A stretch of DNA of 63,341 nt, counting the filler, from Candidatus Woesearchaeota archaeon CG1_02_57_44 (GTDB taxonomy: Archaea; Nanobdellota; Nanobdellia; Woesearchaeales; CG1-02-57-44): the NCBI GenBank assembly GCA_001871415.1. It is 4 parts of 4 records of this genome, joined end to end, with 100 filler letters (N's around TTAATTAATTAA, not from the genome) between each part and the next. Parts side by side here need not be neighbours in the genome. Positions count along the whole stretch, not along the records: positions 25,878 to 51,495 come from MNWW01000043.1; positions 51,596 to 57,544 come from MNWW01000026.1; positions 57,645 to 63,341 come from MNWW01000017.1; 1 more part is not named here. The stretch is one strand, 5' to 3'. Shown piece after piece: positions 48,992 through 57,805 of this stretch; the stretch's first letter is position 1; every line of letters starts with the position of its first letter. Under the pieces are notes generated by a model, which ran no database searches, was not told the DNA's origin, and saw nothing but the letters and a program-made list of their open reading frames with translations. Both the position numbers and the translations under genes were made by a program.

Positions 48992-50028
48992 TGCTGAACG
49001 TGTCAGTCATCGGTTCTTATCCAAAATACCACAAGCTCTTGCCAAAGGATTTCGACCCCGTCTGGCTGACGAGGCCAGGCGAGAATCTGGATAGGGCATG
49101 GAAGAATCGGGAAGATCTGGAACCGCTCTTCCAGGAAGCCATCAGATGGGCGGTCAAAGAGCAGGCTGAAGCAGGCATCGACATCGTCACCGATGGCGAG
49201 CAGCGACGGGGAAATTTTGTGCTCTACCATTGCCAGCACCTTGCCGGATTTGATTTCCAGCACATGGAGAAGCGGCATCTTCGGGCTGGGACCCGCTTTG
49301 AGGCAGTGCCTGTGGTGACAGGGCCTGTGCGTGCGAAAGAGCATTTTCTGGTTGACGAACTACGTTTCACGCAAAGCCTGACAAAGAAGCCTGTCAAGGT
49401 CACCATGCCCGGTCCCCTCACCATCATTGACTCCGTCAAGGACAAGCACTATGGCGACGAGAAAAAGCTCGCGTTCGCGCTGGCTGAAGCTTTGAACAGC
49501 GAAGCACGCGCACTTGCCGACGCAGGCTGCGCAGTCGTGCAGTTCGACGAACCCGCGTTCATACGCGAGCCGGAGAAATTCAAGACCTGGGGGCTGGATG
49601 CGCTGAAAGCATGCATCAAAGGCGTCGGTTGTGCCACTGCGGTGCACATCTGCCGTGGGTATCCTGCCCCGGGCAGAGATGTCAAAGCGCACACCAGACT
49701 GTATGGAGACGTGCTTGGTGCGCTGGCGAAGTCAGGCATCAGCAGGATATGCGTCGAAGATTCCACAGAGCACCTGCCTCTTTCGATCTACGGACAGTTC
49801 GGGAGCTGCGGCCTGGAACTGGGGCTGGTCAATATCGGCGAGCATGCGGTTGAAAACCCTGATGCAATCGCTGCCCGGGTGAGAGAGGTGCTCAAGGTCA
49901 TCAAGCCAGAACGCCTGTGGCTTGCGCCCGATTGCGGATTGCTGCTATTGCCCCCCGCTGTCGCAAAAGCGAAGCTTGCAGCACTGGTAGCTGCCAGTGA
50001 CCTGCTCAAGAACGAGCAGCAGTCCTGA
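48991..50028 (+). CDS. Single-domain cobalamin-independent methionine synthase-like (MetE catalytic half)
   Basis: IGSYP, TDGEQRR, PGPLTI, VQFDEP, HICRG, LAPDCG (Zn ligands H, C, C). Confidence 0.88.
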   Translation: MLNVSVIGSYPKYHKLLPKDFDPVWLTRPGENLDRAWKNREDLEPLFQEAIRWAVKEQAEAGIDIVTDGEQRRGNFVLYHCQHLAGFDFQHMEKRHLRAGTRFEAVPVVTGPVRAKEHFLVDELRFTQSLTKKPVKVTMPGPLTIIDSVKDKHYGDEKKLAFALAEALNSEARALADAGCAVVQFDEPAFIREPEKFKTWGLDALKACIKGVGCATAVHICRGYPAPGRDVKAHTRLYGDVLGALAKSGISRICVEDSTEHLPLSIYGQFGSCGLELGLVNIGEHAVENPDAIAARVREVLKVIKPERLWLAPDCGLLLLPPAVAKAKLAALVAASDLLKNEQQS

Positions 50029-50126
50029 GCCTTGGCAGGATATCAGATACAGGGACCAGCCAGCAGTTATTTGTTACCACTCAACTGTGAATAACTTTAT
50101 ATATCACCTGGCCTTCCCTCAGCAGC

Positions 50127-50543
50127 ATGAAGGCGCTCCTCATCGCACCCGCCATCGCTTTGCTTATCATCGGCGCGGCCATGCAGCTCTCTGACATCGC
50201 TACGAGGACGTCCAGTAAGGCCATCGCCTTCGCTGATGACATGGATAGCGCCATGCACTGCACTATGCACGGCCAGACTCTGGACGAGTGTGCGCCACAG
50301 CTTCTCGGCTATGACTTTGAGCCAGAGGCGAAGGAGACCATGGCGCAACTGCAGATCCTTCAGGATGCGCTCAGGCCACAGCTCGAGGCAGCGCTCCAGG
50401 TGCAGGCGGGCACGACATCAGATGATCAAGCAGCCAGCACAGCTCAGCAGGATAGCTCGCAGCAGACCCTGATGCAGCAGATTCTCGAGAGCGACACGCT
50501 CAATGACCAGCAGAAGATAGCCATGCTCAAGCAGTTGATGTGA
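50127..50543 (+). CDS. Hypothetical secreted/membrane-anchored protein
   Basis: TTTATATA promoter; N-terminal hydrophobic helix. Confidence 0.65.
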   Translation: MKALLIAPAIALLIIGAAMQLSDIATRTSSKAIAFADDMDSAMHCTMHGQTLDECAPQLLGYDFEPEAKETMAQLQILQDALRPQLEAALQVQAGTTSDDQAASTAQQDSSQQTLMQQILESDTLNDQQKIAMLKQLM

Positions 50544-51172
50544 ACCACATGCCCCTCAGCGAAGCATCCGTAAGCACGCTGGTCTTTGGCATCCCATTTC
50601 CATTTCATGCGGATCTTGATGCAAAAGGCCACGCCACACTCAGCCGGTTGTGGGACAGCGCGTTTCCAGAATTGCTTCTTGACCAGGGAGTCGAAGCGCG
50701 CGTGAAGCAACTTCTGCCCCCAGGCCCTGTCAGCCAGCCTTCATCGACCTATAGGCAATACCAGTGCTACGAAGCTGCGCTATACGCTCTGACCGGACAT
50801 CTTTTCGACGAACCTTCCGTTCCGCTACTGTCCACAGGCATCTCTGATCCAGCGGCCAATGCGACAACAGGAACGCAGCTAGGTCAGATAGCACTTCCCC
50901 GATGTACGCGCATGAGCAAGGACATCATCGAAGGCCTTGGATTCGAAGAGTCTGACCAGATACAGCGCGCAGATCTTGCCGTCTTTCTGGCGGGTAATCG
51001 CATGGCGCATATGATGGCCCTGCTCGGCCAGTACCACGGCCCGGCAGGACAATCAGGCTTTCTGGTGTTCCATAAACCAGGACCTTACCTACCAGAGCTT
51101 CGTGATTATGTCGGCGTCGCCATGGACTATTCCTATATCAATCCCACAGTAGCGTTTTTCAGGAAACTATAG
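50540..51172 (+). CDS. Hypothetical protein (possible papain-like Cys/His fold)
   Basis: YQCYEAALY ... AHMM ... VFHKPG resembles NlpC/P60-like C/H/H spacing; weak. Confidence 0.5.
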   Translation: MNHMPLSEASVSTLVFGIPFPFHADLDAKGHATLSRLWDSAFPELLLDQGVEARVKQLLPPGPVSQPSSTYRQYQCYEAALYALTGHLFDEPSVPLLSTGISDPAANATTGTQLGQIALPRCTRMSKDIIEGLGFEESDQIQRADLAVFLAGNRMAHMMALLGQYHGPAGQSGFLVFHKPGPYLPELRDYVGVAMDYSYINPTVAFFRKL

Positions 51173-51329
51173 AATCAACTACGAATAATGGGGGAAAATT
51201 TGATACTATTCGTGACTTTTTCTCCTTTTCCGCATAAGTAGTATACACATCCGTATACCAGCATAGGTAATCGAAAGCTTTATATATCAGGGTATGCACT
51301 AAATGACCTCCCAGAGAGAGGTGATTCAT

Positions 51330-51467
51330 ATGCAAATGTGCGGTAAATGCGGCTCAACCATGTGCAAAGGAGCGACCATGAATAGTGGCAATGCGGAATA
51401 CACAACACTCATATGTTCAGGCTGTGGTGTGGTCAACACGGTATGCACAGGGCTTAAACCATTCTGA
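51330..51467 (+). CDS. 45-aa zinc-ribbon microprotein (not in ORF track)
   Basis: TTTATATA box, GAGGTGA SD, MQMCGKCGSTMCKG...ICSGCGVVNTVCTGLKPF. Confidence 0.8.
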   Translation: MQMCGKCGSTMCKGATMNSGNAEYTTLICSGCGVVNTVCTGLKPF

Positions 51468-51495
51468 CAAAATGGTATCGCCCATCATACCATTC

Positions 51496-51595
51496 NNNNN
51501 NNNNNNNNNNNNNNNNNNNNNNNNNNNNNNNNNNNNNNNTTAATTAATTAANNNNNNNNNNNNNNNNNNNNNNNNNNNNNNNNNNNNNNNNNNNN
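51496..51595. other. Artificial contig linker
   Basis: N-TTAATTAATTAA-N, 100 nt. Confidence 0.98.
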
Positions 51596-51740
51596 ACCCT
51601 CGACGATTCACCTTGTTGACCTGACAATGCTATCCAATCTTCCCCGATAATCGCAGGAGCACCGCGTCTGTTTGCCGCTGACTCCTCCATCAGCCATGCT
51701 CGCCAATACCTTTAAATATGCCAGCGCCCAGAATCAGCGT

Positions 51741-54071
51741 ATGGGGTCGGCAGATGTTGACGATGAGCGCCTTGAGGATGAGCTGGCAGAGAGAGTGGAA
51801 GAAAAGCTCGAGCAGGGCTTGTCAGACCCTAAGAGAGTCCAGTCCACATCATCTGCGCGGCCGGCATCCACAGGAGCGGATAATTCTCCAGCAGACACCG
51901 CGCTAAACGCGCGGGCGACAGAGCAGGAAGTAGCTATCCAGCAGGATGCAGAAGATGCCCTCCAAGGCGAGCGCAGGATCCAGCAGGACATCAGGCAGGA
52001 GCTGGGGCAGCAGGAGCTGGAGCATGACGCAGATGATGCCGCATCACCAGCTCCGGGTCATCGGAGAGATGGTCTTGACATCCCCGCGTGGATGTCCGAG
52101 AGCCGCCCGCGGGCAGCGCTGCAGGACGCGAAGGCGACATTGAGGCAAGGGGCAAGGGACCTGAACGACGCGTCAAGGCGAAGGACCGCGAGGTTCAATG
52201 ACACCATGGACGCTGCTGCTGACACCGCGATCCAAGGCACACGGAAGGTCGCGCGCGCCACGGGCAAGACCGTGGCGGCCGTGGGTGGTATCGCTGCGGC
52301 CACAGCCGGCACGGCGTGGGCGCTTGGCAAGGGGACAGTTAATACCGTGGGCGCAGGCATCCATGGTCTTGACACAGCGACAAACGTGCGCGCCATCTCC
52401 TCTGCAGGCGCCGCTATCGGGTTCTGGACCTTCCGCAAGCTCATCGGCATATTGTTCCTGCTCACGCTCATCATCTTCAGCATCTTCGCTTATGGAGCGA
52501 TAAAGGCCCAGTGGCAGGCAGGCACCATCCAGGACGCCTGGAACCGCTTTGTCGCGTTCTGGCATAATCTCAATCCCATCACGCACATCCAGGCCTGGCA
52601 GCAGCAGACCATCTGCAGTGCAGCGGGAACATGCTTGGAAGGCGATCAGGAGAAGACCAGCGAACCTATTGGGATAGAAGTGACTGACCCGTTGGTGCAA
52701 GGCCGCCTGAAGTACGCCAAGGAGGAAGCAGGTGATGTGGAGCTCTACTCCATGGTCAGCGCGTTCAACAAGAATGGTCAGGTCCGGGCCATCAAGTCCT
52801 CCTGCACAGCGAAAGGTCAGGAGTGGCAGGTGTCGCCAGCAGAGTTTCCGTCATCCAGTTACCTGCATGAGGAGATGACGTGCCGTCCGCCTGCAGGGGG
52901 CGCGCCCGAAGGCGCCTATCTGGTGCGCATGAGCGCGACCGCTGAGGGATTCACGTCAAAGGCGCTGCTCACCAATCAGTTCATATCCTCGAACACGCTC
53001 GATGGCAATCTCCAGGACCATGCGCGCGCGACAGGAAGCCCTAACCGCAATGAGCAGGAACTGATTGCAGCCATGCAGCAGCTCTATCCGGGAACAGACC
53101 CGCAGCCGCTCTCCGTGTCAGACGCCGGTCCTGTCAAGGTCATTGTCGCGACTATTGCCTGGCCAGTGATAGGAATCGATGCCACGACAGAGCTGCAGAT
53201 CACGCTGGCTGTTGAGAACACACGACCAGGGACGATAAAAGCAGTGAAGAGCGCGAGCATCACCATTCCCGACGGGTTTGAACCGGGAAGCGACTGCAGC
53301 AAGCGTTTTGACGTCAGCGGCAATGTCTTGACGGTCAAGAGCGAGTATCTCGCTGTCGCGAACACCAAGGACATGGTCCAGTATCTGCCGCTCTCACTGG
53401 GCACCTGCCATGTGAAGCCGAAAGCCAACGCCCTCAACACCATCATCCCCCTGCCGGGCCAGCCCAATGCCAATAACTTCAGGGCCGAAGTGGTGTATGA
53501 TTACGAATCCTTCAAGGAGTACAGCATCGTGGTCGGCGATCCGAACAAGGCGCCGGTGGAAGATGCCTCCTCGGCCAACAGCCCAGGGCCCGCAGGGGAA
53601 GGGACCAATCCCTTGGACCCATCAGGCGGCGGCACTGGCGCGACATTCAGCGTAAAGGCATCAATGGAAGGGGATGTCGGGAAGCAGACAGCATCTGGTT
53701 GCACGGTCAAGCCCAATGATTTCTTTGTCGCGCTGCCAGACAGGAGCGCTCTCGGCCGATGCGTTGAGGTCTGCAGGGGGAACCGTTGCGTGATCACAGA
53801 AGCATTGGATGTCGGCCCGTGGTACACTGACGATCCCTACTGGGAGGGTGACGGCGTGCCGCAGGCGTACAAGGACCTCATCAGTAACAATGGCATACAA
53901 TCCGGGGGACGCCACGCAGGACGCCGTGTCAATGGCGCGGGCATCGATCTGGCTGACGGGCTCTTCGAGCAGCTAGGGGGGAGCGCGGCTGTCAATGCCG
54001 GATTCATAGATGTCACCTGGCGCTTTGCCGCTGACAACGCGTGCGAGCATCGCGATTGCCCCTACACCTAG
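51741..54071 (+). CDS. Large membrane-anchored surface protein with C-terminal RlpA/DPBB-like domain
   Basis: TTTAAATA box 22 nt upstream; acidic N-terminus, TM helix, Cys-containing beta domain, then FVALP...ALDVGPW...GIDLADGLFEQLG...IDVTWRF. Confidence 0.8.
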   Translation: MGSADVDDERLEDELAERVEEKLEQGLSDPKRVQSTSSARPASTGADNSPADTALNARATEQEVAIQQDAEDALQGERRIQQDIRQELGQQELEHDADDAASPAPGHRRDGLDIPAWMSESRPRAALQDAKATLRQGARDLNDASRRRTARFNDTMDAAADTAIQGTRKVARATGKTVAAVGGIAAATAGTAWALGKGTVNTVGAGIHGLDTATNVRAISSAGAAIGFWTFRKLIGILFLLTLIIFSIFAYGAIKAQWQAGTIQDAWNRFVAFWHNLNPITHIQAWQQQTICSAAGTCLEGDQEKTSEPIGIEVTDPLVQGRLKYAKEEAGDVELYSMVSAFNKNGQVRAIKSSCTAKGQEWQVSPAEFPSSSYLHEEMTCRPPAGGAPEGAYLVRMSATAEGFTSKALLTNQFISSNTLDGNLQDHARATGSPNRNEQELIAAMQQLYPGTDPQPLSVSDAGPVKVIVATIAWPVIGIDATTELQITLAVENTRPGTIKAVKSASITIPDGFEPGSDCSKRFDVSGNVLTVKSEYLAVANTKDMVQYLPLSLGTCHVKPKANALNTIIPLPGQPNANNFRAEVVYDYESFKEYSIVVGDPNKAPVEDASSANSPGPAGEGTNPLDPSGGGTGATFSVKASMEGDVGKQTASGCTVKPNDFFVALPDRSALGRCVEVCRGNRCVITEALDVGPWYTDDPYWEGDGVPQAYKDLISNNGIQSGGRHAGRRVNGAGIDLADGLFEQLGGSAAVNAGFIDVTWRFAADNACEHRDCPYT

Positions 54072-54146
54072 GCATCGATAGGAACTAATATAACGACAGG
54101 GTCATAGGACAACGACCAGTCACGATAGACAGTGCAGGACAGGAAG

Positions 54147-55223
54147 ATGCGAAAGAGAGCAGGACAGGACAGGGTATGGCCGCTCATGCTCCTGGCGATG
54201 CTCCTGCTCGCAGGTTGTGGCCGCCTTGGCACCAGCAATAACATCAAGATCCTCGATGACCCGAAGTTTCACACCGGCTATGGCGGCATGCAGCTCTCCT
54301 TCACCAAGGGCATGCCGCCCTCAGAGGTCTGGTCTGACACGAGCTTTGTCCTGGGCCTGGAGGTGCGGAACACGGGCGCGTGGGCAATCAACTATCCAGT
54401 CATCGCCTTGTCAGGGTTCAGCGGCGATTATTTCACCGTCACCTTGGACAGCAAGGATGCTGACAAGGCCTCAAGCCAGGCGCCTGACCTTGACACGCTC
54501 AAGCATTTTGAGAAGATAGAGGGACGTGATTTCGCAACACCTGACGGCGGACGACGGCTCGTGACCTGGAGCGTCACCAATAAAGGCATCCCCTATGGGG
54601 ACTCCTATGACGCGCGCTTCATCGCTACAGCGTGCTACGGCTATGTGACAGAAGCAGGCACAGACATCTGCGTGGACCCGCAGGCCAATATACCGTATGA
54701 AGTGCAGAAGCGCGCGTGCCAGATGAAGCCAGTCCGGCTGGCAGGCGGCTCTGGCGCACCGATAGCAGTCACGAACATCGATCCGGAGATGCTCATCAGG
54801 GCAGGAGGAGACGCGACGACCAAGACCCTGCAGCTGCGTATATCGATAGAGAACAAGGGCAATGGCGGCATCCGCGATGCGCAGACCGTCAATGCCGAGT
54901 GCGCGCCAGCTACGGGCGGCGACAATCAGGACAATCTTGGCTGGAGCAGCCAGCTCGGCGAGGACCACTTCAACACCTTGCTCGTATGGGCGGAGGTCTC
55001 CGGACAGGAGATAGACTGCGACCTGCGCGATCCTGCGGCGACAAAAGTCCGTGTCAAGTACACAGAGGATGGCACGAGCGTCATCTGCCAGATGCCTGTT
55101 GATAGCGCGGACGCGCACCTAGCGCCCGTGACCGTCTATGTCAAGTACGGCTATGTGGTGCAGCAGGCAACGACCGTGAGGGTCAAGCGCCTGTTCCAGC
55201 GCGTGCAGGAAGTGACGGGATAG
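54147..55223 (+). CDS. Lipoprotein, paralog 1 of ACY/CxDP/GGxGAP family
   Basis: LAGC lipobox; ATACYGY, ICVDP, GGSGAPIAVT, KYGY. Confidence 0.82.
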   Translation: MRKRAGQDRVWPLMLLAMLLLAGCGRLGTSNNIKILDDPKFHTGYGGMQLSFTKGMPPSEVWSDTSFVLGLEVRNTGAWAINYPVIALSGFSGDYFTVTLDSKDADKASSQAPDLDTLKHFEKIEGRDFATPDGGRRLVTWSVTNKGIPYGDSYDARFIATACYGYVTEAGTDICVDPQANIPYEVQKRACQMKPVRLAGGSGAPIAVTNIDPEMLIRAGGDATTKTLQLRISIENKGNGGIRDAQTVNAECAPATGGDNQDNLGWSSQLGEDHFNTLLVWAEVSGQEIDCDLRDPAATKVRVKYTEDGTSVICQMPVDSADAHLAPVTVYVKYGYVVQQATTVRVKRLFQRVQEVTG

Positions 55224-55242
55224 GCAGCAAAAGACTGTATCC

Positions 55243-56223
55243 ATGGCAGAAAGTGAGAGGAGAACGATGAGAGCGACGGCGATGGGACATTCCGGGAGGA
55301 TACTGAAGACGGTCTCATCAGTCACGCTGCTCCTTGCGCTCCTGCTGCTGGCTTCCTGCGGCAGGACAACAGCAAAGAACACCATCATCGATGCGCATCA
55401 GGGCAAGGAGGCATTGGTGATGAAGTTCCTGCCCAACATGCCTCCTGCGCGGGTGTTTTCCGCCGACCCGCAGTCATTGCAGTTCGCGGTGCAGCTGCAC
55501 AACAATGGCGCTGCGGACCTGTCAGCAGAGACCCTGAAGCTTGCGATAGTCGGCTACGATAAGAAGATACTCACCATTGAACCTGACGAGCAGGACCTCG
55601 CGCTCCCTGCGCGCAGTGTCGAGAATCCTCAAGGGACGACGAAGGTAGCGACCTGGACGACCACCGCGATCAACTTCCCGGCCAAGCATGACAGCATTAG
55701 CCAGAGCGTTACCGCGCGCGCCTGCTATCGGTATCAGACCATTGCGACGCAGACCATCTGCCTGGACCCCAAGCCCGAGGCGCAGGTCAAGGATAAGGTC
55801 TGCTCGCCCGCAAGCACCACCTTGAAGAACGGACAAGGCGGCCCGGTGAGCGTGGTGAAGATAGATCAAGCGCTGCTGCCGAGCGTGAGCAGGGCGCAGC
55901 TGAAGCTGACTGTGCAGAATCTCGGCAAAGGAGAGGTCATCAATCCGGACATTGCATTGGACAAGTGCGTCGCAGGCGACCTGCAGGTGCAGGACCTTGG
56001 CAAGGTGACCGTGGCAGCGAGGGTCAATGAGCAGGAGCTCTCCTGCACACCAATCACTTTGTACAACAAGCAGGGGACATCCTACTGCACGCTTGATGGC
56101 CTGCCCGATACGGCTTTCACGACTCCGGTGGTCATCACCTTATCATATGGCTACACAGAATCCATCTCCACCACTGTTGAGATAGTGACCAGCCAGGAGC
56201 CAGACTCGCCAGTTGGCTCATGA
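55243..56223 (+). CDS. Lipoprotein, paralog 2
   Basis: LASC lipobox; ARACYRY, ICLDP, NGQGGPVSVV, SYGY. Confidence 0.82.
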   Translation: MAESERRTMRATAMGHSGRILKTVSSVTLLLALLLLASCGRTTAKNTIIDAHQGKEALVMKFLPNMPPARVFSADPQSLQFAVQLHNNGAADLSAETLKLAIVGYDKKILTIEPDEQDLALPARSVENPQGTTKVATWTTTAINFPAKHDSISQSVTARACYRYQTIATQTICLDPKPEAQVKDKVCSPASTTLKNGQGGPVSVVKIDQALLPSVSRAQLKLTVQNLGKGEVINPDIALDKCVAGDLQVQDLGKVTVAARVNEQELSCTPITLYNKQGTSYCTLDGLPDTAFTTPVVITLSYGYTESISTTVEIVTSQEPDSPVGS

Positions 56224-56317
56224 GAGAGATGGCGAAGACCTCGACATCCGCGAACAAGGATACATCTGACAGGGGACGCACCCAATAGAAAACTATATAT
56301 AATCTCCATCCAGAATT

Positions 56318-57298
56318 ATGCGCATGAGGCCTGCTGCCCGCAATATAGCCCTGCTGCTTGTCGCGCTCGTGCTCTTGTCCTCCTGCGGCGTCAGGCAGGG
56401 CTCTGAGTCCCCGCGCCAGGTGCCGCGCACAGGAACCCAAGGGATAGAGCTCTCATTCCATGCGTCTCCTCCACCCGCGCGCGTCTATGCGACGGATCCA
56501 AGCGCGCTGACCCTGATGCTGGATGTGCGCAACAAGGGCGTCGAGGATGTCGATCCAGGATCCATCGATCTTCGCCTGTCCGGCTATGACCCGTCTATTG
56601 TCAGCATCGCTCCTTCCTATGGAAGCGGCGCGTCAGGAGCAGGAGCAGTCTATCAACTGCGAGACACCTTGCTTGGCAAGAGTGAGTTCATGCCCGAAGG
56701 AGGTTATGAGCTCGCGCAGTGGGCGACAGCGTCTATCCTCATGCCCCGGGACATCGACCGCCTGGATCAGCAATTCATAGCGACCGCGTGCTATATCTAT
56801 CGGACGCGTGCGTCGCCAACAGTCTGCCTTGATCCTGACCCGTATTCTGCGCTATCATTGGCGCAGGACAAGGCCTGTCAGGTACGCGATATCTCACTCT
56901 CAGGAGGTCAGGGTGCGCCTGTTGCCGTGACAAGGGTGGAAGAGCAAATCTTCCCGCAGACAGGGGAAGTACAGTTCAAGGTCGTGGTGAGTAATGTCGG
57001 CGGCGGCACGCTCTTTGACCAGGATAGTTTCACAGAATGCGCAAACCAGCAGTTGTCCATAGGTAACCTCAATAAGGTAGTTATCGAGCAGGCATATATC
57101 AGCGGCCTGGGTTCAGGGACCTGCAACCCTGAAGTTATCACCATGAACAATGGTCAGGGATTCACCTACTGCCGATTTGGAAACATCAACGGCAATGCCG
57201 GCGCCTATGAGACCCCATTGCAGCTGGTTCTCAGTTATGGTTATAAGACCAGTACCAGCAAGGGCGTGAGCATCCTGCGCACGCCGGGCACTTACTGA
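56318..57298 (+). CDS. Lipoprotein, paralog 3
   Basis: LSSC lipobox; ATACYIY, VCLDP, GGQGAPVAVT, SYGY; TATATATAA box. Confidence 0.82.
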   Translation: MRMRPAARNIALLLVALVLLSSCGVRQGSESPRQVPRTGTQGIELSFHASPPPARVYATDPSALTLMLDVRNKGVEDVDPGSIDLRLSGYDPSIVSIAPSYGSGASGAGAVYQLRDTLLGKSEFMPEGGYELAQWATASILMPRDIDRLDQQFIATACYIYRTRASPTVCLDPDPYSALSLAQDKACQVRDISLSGGQGAPVAVTRVEEQIFPQTGEVQFKVVVSNVGGGTLFDQDSFTECANQQLSIGNLNKVVIEQAYISGLGSGTCNPEVITMNNGQGFTYCRFGNINGNAGAYETPLQLVLSYGYKTSTSKGVSILRTPGTY

Positions 57299-57391
57299 CC
57301 TGCCAAAACCCGCAGCAGCCTGCTGTTGTGCCCGTGACCAATACACATCACATATCGCACAGATAGTCTGGCTCATATAGCGTCTTCAGGA

Positions 57392-57527
57392 AATAACAAA
57401 AATCCGCCACTCGGTGCTAACCGCGGCCTGAAGGCCGCGGTATTACCGCGCCTCGTCATTGCAGGCGGATTTTTGAATTGCAAAGCACGTCCTGAAGGAC
57501 GGGGTATTCAACCCCGTGCTTTGCAAT
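57392..57527 (+). repeat. Full 136-bp bipartite palindromic element
   Basis: One mismatch versus the reverse complement of 63111-63246; two stem-closed modules, each with a TGAA-loop hairpin. Confidence 0.95.
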
Positions 57528-57544
57528 AACGTTGTTTATTGAGC

Positions 57545-57644
57545 NNNNNNNNNNNNNNNNNNNNNNNNNNNNNNNNNNNNNNNNNNNNTTAATTAATTAA
57601 NNNNNNNNNNNNNNNNNNNNNNNNNNNNNNNNNNNNNNNNNNNN
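57545..57644. other. Artificial contig linker
   Basis: N-TTAATTAATTAA-N, 100 nt. Confidence 0.98.
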
Positions 57645-57805
57645 AGAAGCGGCAAGCAAGATATGGGCGTACCAACGAATCAAAAGATACGGAGAAGCAT
57701 AGCAAGAGCTATGTAATCGACCCAGGAGTTATGCAACACAGCAGTAAAATTTATAACATTGGTCTGCGGGAAGACCCTTGACAGTATCTTGATGAAGGTG
57801 ACGCT

